From: Iphione sp. A-MEVVRFRX5
Lineage: Eukaryota
Direction of reading: 5' to 3'
Assembly (NCBI GenBank): GCA_976226885.1
Contig: OZ320317.1
Coordinates: 34,100,001-34,164,000, forward strand
DNA length: 64,000 nucleotides
The notes beneath the pieces are model-generated. The model worked only from the letters and a program-made list of their open reading frames with translations, made no database searches and was not told the DNA's origin. Position numbers and translations under genes: made by a program. Shown here piece by piece: positions 12,231 to 23,472 of this stretch. The stretch's first letter is position 1, and every line of letters starts with the position of its first letter.

Positions 12231-15200
12231 GGGGGATGAATGATACAGGTGGTGGGCGCGGCAGTAGTGTAAGCAGTAATGCATATGGTAGTTTGCGCAT
12301 TGTCTGTTATGGTGTTGATAGTGGTTTTACGTGGTTACAGTGTTCTGCTTGTGGATGTGATAAATAGTGCTGGGGCAACGGTGGTGGCTACAGTATCATA
12401 GCAAAGGCACTGGATTTTCTGATCGGTGTCGATCGTGGCGGAGAGAAGGGAAAGCTGCGATAATGAGGGAAATGGGCTGAACGAAAATAAGGAGATTTCT
12501 ACATTTGTACCCTGGAAAAGACTATGGGGAGCTGTTTAGGTTTATCTATGGAGGCCTACAAATTCCTATGGATTGTATGAAGAGCCAAATACATCTGCTC
12601 CCCTACGCAGCTGACGAGGCATCCACAGCCTGACGCGGGTTCGAATATTGCTCATCGGAATGCCCGTTTTTTTCACCCGCATATATTCAACATATGCAAT
12701 ATGATACTTCCAACTGATACATCATGATATATGAGATATTGATCCAGTTTTGACATTGTCAGGGCTACATACTCTCCAATCCGGTCTCTTCTACCGAGAC
12801 AGAGTTCCAAATAAAGTGCCAGAAAGGGAGACGGATAGACCCTGAGTCCACTGCAAGTACAGCACTCAAGCACGTTTCACTACATCTGTTGTGTCACGTC
12901 TATTCAGATTTGTCCGCCCATGAGTTCTGACAGTGCAACCCTAGGGGCATCAGACATCATACCTAGTAGTATATGACGGTTGTCCTTTGCTTCGGGCGTA
13001 TCGATATTAATTCACCTCACAAATGGTGACGATGGTAAGCTGCTGGTAATTACATGTATTATCAGTCTCTTGCCGCCACTCTTGTGTCATTCCATGTCCC
13101 ATCTGATTTAAGACGGAGGATTATTCGACCGGTTATGCAAAACTTCGATATATTCGAAGCACATTATGAAACAATTGTGAAATCTCTCTTGAATCTCATT
13201 GGTTTTAATTTTCATGAAAAAGGAATAAAGCAATTAATATCCTTTTGCAATAAACTTATCCCTGCGTGGACCTTTCTCCTTTTTTCACAGAAGCGTTATA
13301 GTAGATGTGTATAGACTGCAGGTGGTGGAAACTGCATACAGGCAAGAAACCTCGGGGGCCAGGAGAATGCCTGAGTTGCACTTTGTGAAGCTGGTACTTG
13401 TATATAGCTGTGGCAGCAAAGGTAGGAGCGGCGGGAGCGGCGGCGGCAGTGAGGAGGCGGGTTCGGAGATGTTGAAAAAGGCCACAGTAGGACGAGGTCA
13501 TGGACGGATCCCATTCAAACATATGTCACGGCCAGTTTGCTGGCTGACAACAAACTGGCTATGGCGTCAAAAGGTGCTCGTTCATCATAGTCAACGCCTG
13601 GGCTGGGGCCAGGTAGGTCGGGTGGGTACTGCCGAGGGAGGGCAGGGAGCGACGGCGGGGACGCTGGATTAGGGGTGCGTGCTGACAGGCGGCGGCGCGA
13701 GGCAGGGCTAAGTCGGCCGGAGCCGCAGTTCTAGACAAAGCGAATGAGTTGAGTATTTACGACTCTGATCGCCCTGAGGGGTCTGCGTGTGCACTTGTGT
13801 GTTTGTTTTTGCAGGCTTTGACAGGACCGTTAGAGGTCTGTGTGAAAGTGTGTGTGTATGTGTATTTGTACATGCTGTGACAGGATCTTCAGGAGCCATG
13901 TTTGTGATTGTGTATGTGTCCATTTTCCGTTTGTAAGGTTTTGCAGTTCTTTTAGAAGGGTGTGTGAGTGTTTGTTGTATGTTTACAAGACTTTAACATG
14001 ACAGTCAAAAGACTGTGCGTAAGAGGTGTGTATATCTGAATGGATCTGTCAGAAGGCTATAATCGTCACCAGGTGGATGTGTCTAAATCCTGGCGGTGTG
14101 TATTTACGAGGGTCTGCGTAACATTCGTTTTATCAACGATAACCTGAGGCGTGAAGTGCGTTTGTATTACATGTACAATGTAGTTGGAAACCCCGGTTAT
14201 GACAGGACTTTGGAGCCTATATTTCTCTGTAGCTATCTGTCTGCGAGTAACAGGGAAGGGAATAGAAGACGGCAGGACACAGGGGATACTGTGACTGTGT
14301 GTATTTTAACATGGTCCAGGTCGAGTGGTATATGGTTGTTAATTACCACTGTCTTTTATAAACCACCCCACACCACAACTGTGTGATGTGCAGTCAGTCC
14401 AGCGGCATGGGTCCAGTGAAATACATCTGAGGCGGCCTCTGGCTCCGGGCAAGCATTAGCCTAGAAAGTTCGGACGCAGGTGTCTGTTGAAGTGGCAATC
14501 AAGTGGCTACATGGCTAACACAGAAAAAAAGATGGACACAAAAATATCAAGCATATAGTGTATGTCAAGAATCTAGAAAGTAATTATCACTGTCATAAAC
14601 TGAAAAAAGAAGGGATGTTGCGGCGGGGTGTCCCTCACTTTCAATAATGAAGAAACAAAATTTTACTAAAGGTTACATTGAAGATACCATGAATTCATGA
14701 AAATACAGGACATTTTGCAGAATATTTTGATAAAGATGCCTTGTGTCATGAAGTAATCGCCAACGTCATTGGAGATTATACTAAGGTTGCCATTCATTTA
14801 TTAAAAATGGCACGTTTTACGGAAGGAAGAGCTAAAGATACCATAAAAAAGAAAAAAGGGCAAAGGAAGTGGGGTTGTGGGACTACATCCGTAACATCAA
14901 TCAATAGAAATAAAAACAAGTGCAACATGAATTCTCTAAAACCTTTTCGACACTAATAAACCTTGGTAATAGATGAATGAATGCTCTAATCAATGTGCAG
15001 TCAGTTGTAAGAGTGCTGGCACCCATGTAGGCTATGTACAAACAGCACACGGCATCCTACCGACCTGAATTGGAGGCCCCAGCTGGGCTAAAAAAGATCT
15101 CAGCCTTTGGCGCAGCAAATACACACAAACCAGAGGGGTCGAGCAGTAACTGTACACCATTTGATAAGTAGTATATGAATTGGTTGTTTGGCTAAGGTGA

Positions 15201-17112
15201 TTGACCAGAGGAGTTCATGAAGTCTGCATCCCGGATATATAACAGCTGAGTTGAAGCAGTTCTGTTGTCATTCAACGATATGCACACCAGTAAGGCTGAC
15301 CTAGGTTCGATGGACAAGGTTCGCAGTGTATTGCAGGTGCCGTGGCGGTAGTAGCCCGAAACGCCCCGGGGAAACAGCTGAAGATGCTGGAAAACACTTA
15401 AAAGATTGTTACCCAAAAGTGGCTTCGAGGGAGAATTCAGACTCGGATCCCGAAGAACACATGCTAGTCACAAGTTAGGCTGTGGGCATTGCATGAGAGT
15501 GACCTAAATGGCACAATTGGCAAGAAGACACATGTCGACTGGGCCATTCTGTCCTTTAAACGTTCTGATCTGTCCCCCATGGATAGCTGGTTTGCCTATT
15601 TTATCCTGGAGGTTACCGACAACGATGGGGTGCTATATCCACCCTGTAAATGGAAAATAGCTAAAGTAATAAACCATACATGGAAATGTCAAATAAACTT
15701 ATTTGTGTTCTTAACATTATCGATTGCTTTCTCAGAGGTCCCCTCACGAATATCCAAAAACGATTACAATGCTACATAAGAGATGTGCCTGGACAACAGA
15801 AGCAGATGGACATACACTTAAGAACTGCCGACAATACTCTGGATGCGAGTGGCTGATAGCAGAAACGTTGTGCATAAATATCCACCATGCCGACATCATC
15901 ACAAATGTGGAAGAGAAGCAACTGTTCGATAGTAACTTGCCAGCAAATGGACTTGAGAAAATCTTATGGCATGTACTCTCATGACTGCCAGCGTTTTAAG
16001 GGCAAAAGATGAACATTTGAATCTAGATGCACACCATGAATTGAGAGCCAAGTTGATGCTTTATGTGTGTTGCTGTAATTTTACAGAAAAAGGACTGCGA
16101 CTGAGTAGATGTACATGTACTACGCATCGGTTGAACCGAATTGTAATCCGTTGAGAAAATATTCTGTCGTTAAATATTTTCGGAGGGCTTTGAGGCGTTG
16201 AAACATGTTTTTCATTAGTGTATTCAGAGCCTGAGTCACACCCCTGGAGGAGGGTTCTCATCTTCTCCGTCCAGGGACCACACCAATGATGCTCACGTGT
16301 TCGATTTTAACAGAGAAGAGACCAACGCCAGTGAGGCTAGCGTTTGCACTTACCAAACCCTCTCAAAAGTTCTGTATTCAGGTAATGAGGCTTGGTCATC
16401 AAGTTTCTATTCTTATCGTATGCCGACTGCACAATTTCCAAAAGCGTTCCAGAGAAGCGAGGTCTGACGTTAATATTTCCGGCCAGAAATAAAACAAAAA
16501 GACTATACTAAAATTTTACATTTCAATTTATCTGAAGTATAAAAGTGTTTAGGTCGAGGAAAGGATTATTCAGAGAGAATGATTAGCGGTATTTTGTTCT
16601 CGTAGTTGATCATCAAGAGAGCCTGGACATGTTTAATCTGGTCTAATATTCCCCCTATCCGACTCTCTCGCCTAGTGCCGCTCCAACAGCCTCCCATGAA
16701 AGAGAGCTAACGACCCACCCTCCCGCCCTCCTACCAAACAACCCAACACCCAGCCCCGGGGGCATTCAACCCTGGATAGGTTCACTGACCCGTGACGGTA
16801 CAGTCGTTTTGCACTGTTAGCACCAAGCCCCCTCCCAGTTTCGGCGTTCTCTTGCCATTTTTCCAGTGCCGTACATCAAAATAAGTTGATGTGGGCTTCG
16901 CATGGTATTGTCACATTGAGTTGCCCTGCGCCCTGGATGGCTAGCTCCTAGGGTGAGTAAGTAGACTAAGAAGGCAACGTGATGGGGCTCGATTCAAACA
17001 GATCCAAATAATGTACACCGACGGACCTACTTGGACTTACAAACGAACTCACATGCAGCAGCGGCCATAGAAATTTAAATGAGGTTGATCGGCAGTATTT
17101 CTTTTCCCTTTG

Positions 17113-17136
17113 CTCTCTCTCTCTCCCTCCCTCCCT

Positions 17137-17201
<65 letters not shown>

Positions 17202-17206
17202 TCTCT
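17113..17206. repeat. Compound microsatellite (CT)n(CCCT)n(CT)n(CA)n
   Basis: Direct reading. Confidence 0.98.
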
Positions 17207-17839
17207 AGTAACGTAGGGAAGGAGAGCAGAAACAAATTCTCCCTTCCCGCTTTTTCCACACATTTAAACAAACACGGCCAGTAGTTCTGCAACATAGACA
17301 TATATATTACAAAGAATATGCAAGCTTTAGCACTGGAAGGAATATACCTTTCGTTAGAGTGCCAGTCAACATGCTGCAACACAGTCGTTTGCCCTTTGTG
17401 ACGTCATAATAGAGATACCACCTATCAGAATTTCGATGAAAAGTACGTAAAAATTGCGTCGTAATGCTTTCAACTACTTCGGCAATGGATCAATTGTTTG
17501 TAGTCCCTTTATTATTCCACGCATTATGATTGTGACACTGTATTTCTAATAAATGATAATGACAATGGAAATCATATATGTATATATACTTGTACCTTCG
17601 GCCCCTATTCTTTCTTTATACCTAATGAACCGAACCACAAATCATACACAGTACCTACAACTAGTTCAAACATCACGGACTTCGCCCATGGCGAAAATCG
17701 GTACATCTTTTCAGCTCTCACACACCAACGTACATACATACCTTACCCCATCCAGGTCCCTCCTCCTAGCCCTCACTTCCTCCCCCACTGCCTCCGTCCA
17801 TCCCTCTACACCCTTTACAAATGGCATGCTGCTTATGGG

Positions 17840-18065
17840 CCCAGTTGAAAGCAATAGGTGGTTAATTTGTCCACACCGGTGCCGAGTTAAGGGGGTGATG
17901 GCTGCTCTAATGCAGGTGAGAGAGTGCAGAGGGAGTCTGTCCATTATGCATGAGTGTATGCACAAATGTTCGCGCACAACTTTGTGCTTGCCCCAGGGAT
18001 CAGTCCTACGTCCCTTATATCGTAGCATAGAAGCCACTGCTGTGATGTTGATATACTGACGGTAA
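17840..18065 (+). pseudogene. Decayed non-LTR reverse transcriptase fragment
   Basis: Translation VKGVMAALMQ...RTTLCLPQGSVLRPLY...MLIY, followed by a frameshifted TGAC, resembles the RT G(L/V)PQGSVLGPL and YADD motifs at about the expected spacing. Confidence 0.55.
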
Positions 18066-18362
18066 AGGTCACTTCAGCATAAATCTCAAAATAGTAAGCA
18101 TAGGGGTCCCCACTTTGAAAGAAAAAAACTTGGCATAGATAATGGCTAATAAAGTAACAAAGAAATACTTTCCCCGAAGCGCAATATGAATGAGTTCTTT
18201 ACACCATGGTGAGTTATTTAGCTTATGATTAGCATGGTCACAATCAGGCTTCCCTTGATAGATATGGGGAGGTGTATGGGTAATGTGAATATGAGGTTAA
18301 TTACCATATGGAATCAATACAGAGGTATTTGAGTTTCGGAAGGGTATTCGGTCGAAGTTAGA

Positions 18363-18393
18363 TTTTTTTTTTTTTTTTTTTTAATCTTTTATT
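18363..18393 (-). terminator. Polyadenylation signal and poly(A) tail of the LINE
   Basis: Sense strand reads ...GTA AATAAA AGATT followed by A20. AATAAA is at 18388-18393, about 500 nt after the ORF2 stop. Confidence 0.8.
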
Positions 18394-18896
18394 TACACTG
18401 GGGTTCAAATACAAATTGTATATATTCCAGTATATTCCTACAGAACAATCTTCAACAAAGTGATGTATGAGATGAAATGATCAAGGAGGGGGGAGGGGGG
18501 GTTTGTGTTAGGACTGATACCCATTAATGTTATTGCTGATGACAATGTGATAATGTGATTCTGATGGTTATGCTGGTGATGCTGGTTATGGATTCTCATT
18601 GAGATAGGATGGGATATGCCCAATGAGGAGAATCTATTGTGCAATGATTGAGCATTATAGTCGATTCACAAAGTCTCTTCCAGTGCCCCAAAAGGCACAC
18701 ACGCGTTCAGTACCCCACACGGGTATTTGATATATTTTTCCTTTCCCGTTTGGTATGATATGAAGTTACATCTGCGTTCGTTTCCCCCCTACCTTTTATC
18801 TTGGTTCTGATACATATTCCTTTGTTCAAGCATGATGCTAGGTGAGACGGGGGTAGCGGCAGTGCCCCTTACCCCTTTGTTCGATTTCTAGTGTCA

Positions 18897-21698
18897 TCAT
18901 GGTATTCTAAATAGGGCTTTGTATTTCCTAGCTTGCTGTCTCATTTGGCTCCTGAACTCTTTCAATCCGAGTAGAGTGGTTTTTGCTGGCAGTTTGTCCC
19001 ACAACCTACTACATATGTAGGTTGGGGATTTCCTGTAGCTTTCATACTTTGGCCTTTGAACAGGCACATGTTTTCTCCCCTCTGCCCTTGTTACTCTCTC
19101 TTGTTCTCTCTCTCGCGCACACGGATACCCCATTATTAGCAGTCTAGTATCCCTTCCGTTCAAGTAATCTTTTTTCGAATCCTCTAAATCCACTCTCCGG
19201 TAACCAAATGCTGTATTTAAAATGTTTTTTCGTAGCCTACAGATTTTTTCCACTGGCTTAGAGGAATCCCTGACCGTAATTATAGCATATTCACTTAAGG
19301 GTAGAATCATCGTGCGGGCTACCATAATAGCTTCTTTTTGTCTCATGAACGGTCTTATCTTTCTGAAATACCTCAATTTTCCCGCTAGCCTCCTAACTAG
19401 CTGCCATTGGTGACTACTCATGGTAAGATTGCTATCTATTGTTACCCCTAAATACACCACACTTCTAACCACCTTAACTTCTGTCGACTTTGTCTTGACC
19501 ATGTCTCCTAGGGGAGTTTCACCTCCCCTGCGGTAACTAAACTGAGTGCAGTATGTTTTAGACATATTTATTTGTATTTTTGACCCTGTGGACCACTCCG
19601 CCAGCTCATCCAGGGCTTTCCCCACTTCATGCCTCAGCTCTGCCGGCGTTCTCCCCTCCACTATTAATGCAACATCATCCGCATACAGTATACTCCATGC
19701 GGTGCTTAGTGCTGCTGGTAGTCCATTGATAAAGATTAGGAAGAATAGGGGTCCTAAAATGGACCCCTGAGGGACTCCGCATGTCACTGTTCTAGGGTTC
19801 GACGTCGTCCCGTTACATATTACCCGTTGTTGCCGGCACTTCAGGTAGTCTCTAATCCATATCATTTTGCGCTCTGACAGACCCAGCGAGCCTATCCTGC
19901 TCATGAGGACAGAGTGGTCCACAGAGTCAAAAGCCTTTCTAAAATCTACGAATATCCCCGCTACAAGCCTTCCCATGTTTAGTTTTTCATGTACATAGTG
20001 CAATAGTGTAAATATTGCCTGTTCCGTCGATCTTCCTGGCCTGAAACCGAATTGTTGCTCGCTCAACAGCTTATGTTCGTCCAGGAATTTAAGTAATTCT
20101 TTGTGTACCAGTTTTTCTTGGGCTTTAGCAAGAATACTTAAGAGACTTATGGGCCGATAATTTGAGACCTCATCTCTCTTGCCTCCTTTATATAGGGGGA
20201 CAACAAATGCATCTTTCCAATCGCACGGGACTATCCCGTCTTCAAAACTCTTGTTACATAGGCGGGTAAAAAAGTCTTCGTTTTGCTCTACAATCCTTTT
20301 AACCAACCTTGTTGGTAGTTGGCCCACCCTAGATGCCTTATGATTCTTGAAGGAATTAACTTGCTTGGTGAATTCACCTGGTTCTGCAACAAAAGGCCCT
20401 CCCTCCCTTTTACCCATATACAATCTAATATTTTGGGTGCCTTCCGCTTCACCTAATTCCTCATTTATCCTCCTCCCTACATTAATGAAAAAGCTATTTA
20501 TCTCATCGGCAACTCGGTGTTTGGTGATCGTATCCTTATCTTGTCTAAGCTTAATACTTACACTCGGTGGTTTACCCCATCCGAAGCTATGCTTCAGGTG
20601 TCCCCAATATTTAGTGCTTTCCCCTTCATATTCCTTCGCTTTATTGATAACATAATTTTTCTTTGCTAGTCTCACTGCAGTTGCGACTTGTTTCTTCTTT
20701 ATCTTAAAGACCAGCCAGTCATCCGTCCCCCCACTTATCTTGGCTAACTTGTATAAATTGTTCCTCTCCCGTATGAGTCGTAAAACTGCTTCACTTAACC
20801 ACGGGGCTGGGCGAGTTGATAGTTTTTTACATTTCAGTGGATTCATACAGTCATAAAGCTTCGTTAAATAGTTTCTAACTAGTTCCCATTCAAGATTAGG
20901 TCCCATTTTTCCACCCATTATGTCTTTGATGCGGCTGTTTACTCTGTCTATGTAAGTCTCTTCATCGAACTTTTTTGTCTCTCGCACCCATCTACATTGT
21001 CTTATTTCTACCCGGTTCAATGGCAGTCTACTTATTACCGCATCATGATCTGTAAAAGCCAATGGTAATATTTTTGTTGTGACCCGTATTCTCATATTGG
21101 TCATAACTATGTCTAAAATTGTCTGTGAGCGGTCGGTGGTCCTGGTGGGATCCGTTACCAACTGAGCCCCCCCACTCTCATATAAGAAGTCTCTCATCTT
21201 GGTGTACGTCGTATGTGTTTTCTTTCCAAAATCCACATTGAAGTCGCCTGTAATTAAATAGTTCCTAAAATTCACCCCACCCTGGGTGCTTAAATGTCTA
21301 TTGATGGATCTTAAAGCAACATCTAGGTTTCCTGTCGGGGGTCTGTAGCACCCCACTAGATAAAATTGGCATTCGTCTGTTGCTATTCTCATCCATATTG
21401 ACTCAAAATCCTCACTACTGTCTCCCATGTCAGTCAACACCTCCACATGGTCTAAGTACTCTACCTTAATATAAGCGACCATCCCACCTCCCCTTATCTT
21501 TTTGCGTCCTATCCTATCCTTTCTAAACATGGTATAGTGTTCTATGTTCAGTAACTGGTCTGGCATATCTGCGCTTAGCCATGTTTCCCCCAAAATAATA
21601 ATGTCCCATTTGTAAGTAGTTATCGACAACACAAGGTCTTCCAGGTTTTTGTAAAGGCTCCGAACGTTGATATAACAGATATCTAACATTTTAGTCAT
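18897..21698 (-). CDS. LINE ORF2: apurinic-type endonuclease + reverse transcriptase (933 aa from the first ATG; the ORF track starts at GTG 21707)
   Basis: APE motifs INVRSL, LGETWL, KDR..GGG, GDFNVD, LDIV, TDH. RT motifs YRPISLL, QFGFRPGRST, DFRKAFDSVDH, GVPQGSILGP, YADD, YLGV. CR1/L2-type C-terminus (SRLWDKLP). Confidence 0.97.
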   Translation of the reverse strand: MTKMLDICYINVRSLYKNLEDLVLSITTYKWDIIILGETWLSADMPDQLLNIEHYTMFRKDRIGRKKIRGGGMVAYIKVEYLDHVEVLTDMGDSSEDFESIWMRIATDECQFYLVGCYRPPTGNLDVALRSINRHLSTQGGVNFRNYLITGDFNVDFGKKTHTTYTKMRDFLYESGGAQLVTDPTRTTDRSQTILDIVMTNMRIRVTTKILPLAFTDHDAVISRLPLNRVEIRQCRWVRETKKFDEETYIDRVNSRIKDIMGGKMGPNLEWELVRNYLTKLYDCMNPLKCKKLSTRPAPWLSEAVLRLIRERNNLYKLAKISGGTDDWLVFKIKKKQVATAVRLAKKNYVINKAKEYEGESTKYWGHLKHSFGWGKPPSVSIKLRQDKDTITKHRVADEINSFFINVGRRINEELGEAEGTQNIRLYMGKREGGPFVAEPGEFTKQVNSFKNHKASRVGQLPTRLVKRIVEQNEDFFTRLCNKSFEDGIVPCDWKDAFVVPLYKGGKRDEVSNYRPISLLSILAKAQEKLVHKELLKFLDEHKLLSEQQFGFRPGRSTEQAIFTLLHYVHEKLNMGRLVAGIFVDFRKAFDSVDHSVLMSRIGSLGLSERKMIWIRDYLKCRQQRVICNGTTSNPRTVTCGVPQGSILGPLFFLIFINGLPAALSTAWSILYADDVALIVEGRTPAELRHEVGKALDELAEWSTGSKIQINMSKTYCTQFSYRRGGETPLGDMVKTKSTEVKVVRSVVYLGVTIDSNLTMSSHQWQLVRRLAGKLRYFRKIRPFMRQKEAIMVARTMILPLSEYAIITVRDSSKPVEKICRLRKNILNTAFGYRRVDLEDSKKDYLNGRDTRLLIMGYPCAREREQERVTRAEGRKHVPVQRPKYESYRKSPTYICSRLWDKLPAKTTLLGLKEFRSQMRQQARKYKALFRIP

Positions 21699-22024
21699 TT
21701 GTTTCACCCATATTATAACCCTTTAACAAGTAGACGATGTGACCACTTAGCTGCTCATTACGGTGAAGGAGAGGTAGATGTTGCCCTTGGCAATGCAATA
21801 GTGAAGCGTCTATATGGAGTGATGATGGCTGATGAGTTGCATCCCCGTCTTGGGAGACGCACATGATCGATGTGAGTTGTGTTTCTACCACTGAATAGTG
21901 GCAAAACGGCCCCGGCTACCCGTGCGAATCATCAAAATGAAAATGAAAAGATTTCAATCTTGAGGTATATGAACAACATGAGGTATCAACACAGTTCAAT
22001 TGCAAGTCATTCTTTTATGTCGCG

Positions 22025-22728
22025 GTATGTGGTGCTGAGCTCCTACATACAATGTATCTGATTTGAGAAATACTTCCACTAACACCATATTCTGATTGTT
22101 CTCAGAGTAACTAGCTTAAGTTGGTATCCTGCAGTTGTTCTTTGAGGTACAGTCAGTTCGAGACAAAAGAATAAACATGTCTCAGTTTGTGCGGTGCTCT
22201 GCCCCTGCACAGTTTTACAGAGACGTTGTTAATCATAATATAGAGGACGACCTCGTCATGCGGTGCTGTGCTCCTGCATGTACTATTCAACTGGTGCACT
22301 TTAACTGATGTATTTTATAACCAAGCCCAATGTACATGTAATTTGTCATGCGGTGCTTAGCTCCTACATGACCTGTCTTCTTTTCCAATTATTCGTTATG
22401 CACACATTGCATATGATACTAGATTATCGCTTAATTGACCGGCGTCGTCGGACAGCTTGGACAGGCATTTTCTACTTACAGAATTTGCCGTTACATTCTT
22501 CGATATTTAGTACATAATTTCATACTTTACCAAGAGTAGATTTACACCCATTACTCGCCACTACCGCTCACATTGGTTTGCGTGATGTGTATGGTGCTGT
22601 GCTCCTATGCACACCTGCAAGTAGAACTCATGAACAAGCAATATTTAGTAATATCGTGGAGCAGTATTCTTGCTGAACAGTTTGCCCGTTTTGACTCTGC
22701 ACTATACACGGTGCTGGGCACCTGTGTA
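22025..22728 (-). repeat. Array of six dispersed copies of a structured RNA hairpin; sense consensus [stem]-A-GG-N-GC-NNA-GC-A-CC-[stem']
   Basis: Copies at 22705-22728, 22586-22613, 22345-22372, 22257-22280, 22188-22211 and 22025-22050. The core is invariant, while the 5-7 bp lower stems differ in sequence but stay complementary. Confidence 0.9.
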
Positions 22729-22743
22729 ACACGAGTGAACCAT

Positions 22744-23472
22744 TTATGGACAATTGCTAGTTACGTAGTCCTTAATAATTCTGGCGACTTTTCCTTTATA
22801 AGTTTGACTCAGATGACAGCCATCCATGAGTCGATTATATCTATGGCGATAATGACTATTTTCCCTGGTGTGTATGAGACTACTGATGTTTAGTTGAGGC
22901 ATGCCATTGATGGCATTAATGCACCTAACTGTGCCATTAAAATAGAGAACAGCCTCATTAATAACATGTTGAATGTAGCGCTCGCTAGTCTCATTAACCA
23001 CTAGGCCACATCGGTTCTTATTATATACCCTATAGCTTAGCCCGAAAATAGTGGAAAAGGTATACTTAATGCCCATAGGTTTCAGCAAATCATCCAGTAT
23101 TTCAGTCTGAGAACGTAGCAACGAGCTAATACTCTCAATACTTTCATTTACTGTATCATACCTGTTTCTTACATATCTGCCCGCCTGCGAGCCCGCCGCA
23201 ACAGAAACATCGTTCAGACAAGTGATATTATTGATACCAGCTAGGATGATAACATATGCAAAAGCGTATTTGTCACATAACGTTATGGCATGATGTACAA
23301 TGTCCTCTAGCTTCTTACCTGAATTCACAGACACTGCTACTCTGTAGCAATTTAGCGAACCTAGGTGACGCAATAAACCCCTACCGTGACTGTCAGTTAT
23401 CAAAAGTGTCCATTTGTGGTGGTGATCAGTACCATAGTACTCCAGGTTATCCCTTGTTCGTACATAGTTCAT
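22744..23472 (-). CDS. SGNH/GDSL-type hydrolase (esterase) ORF, 242 aa, overlapping the ORF1 end by 26 nt
   Basis: All four SGNH blocks are in order: LLITDSHG (block I Ser), VNSGKKL (block II Gly), ILAGINN (block III Asn), DGCHLS (block V Asp/His). ATG start at 23472. Confidence 0.85.
   Translation of the reverse strand: MNYVRTRDNLEYYGTDHHHKWTLLITDSHGRGLLRHLGSLNCYRVAVSVNSGKKLEDIVHHAITLCDKYAFAYVIILAGINNITCLNDVSVAAGSQAGRYVRNRYDTVNESIESISSLLRSQTEILDDLLKPMGIKYTFSTIFGLSYRVYNKNRCGLVVNETSERYIQHVINEAVLYFNGTVRCINAINGMPQLNISSLIHTRENSHYRHRYNRLMDGCHLSQTYKGKVARIIKDYVTSNCP

Noticed and set aside
12620-12675. GGGTTCGAAT B-box followed by a T-run (tRNA/SINE-like)
   Set aside because: No A-box at suitable spacing and no cloverleaf.
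13540-13610. Minus-strand PGVDYDERAPFDAIASLL, resembling the copia RT GVDYDETFAP motif
   Set aside because: Needs two deletions to align, and no other copia motifs or LTRs are nearby.
14700-14970. Segment faintly like an L1/Tx1 ORF2 C-terminal region (KMARFTEGRAKDTIKKK)
   Set aside because: Only a few residues match across several frame changes; not supportable without a search.
19696-19710. 14-nt match (CATGCGGTGCTTAG) inside ORF2 to half of the hairpin at 22345-22372
   Set aside because: It lacks the other arm (AGGAGC), cannot form the hairpin and is constrained by coding (LSTAW); compatible with chance.
22025-22728. Interpretation of the hairpin array as a CRISPR array
   Set aside because: Eukaryotic context, no cas genes, very uneven spacing (69-241 nt between starts), and repeats conserved in structure rather than full sequence.
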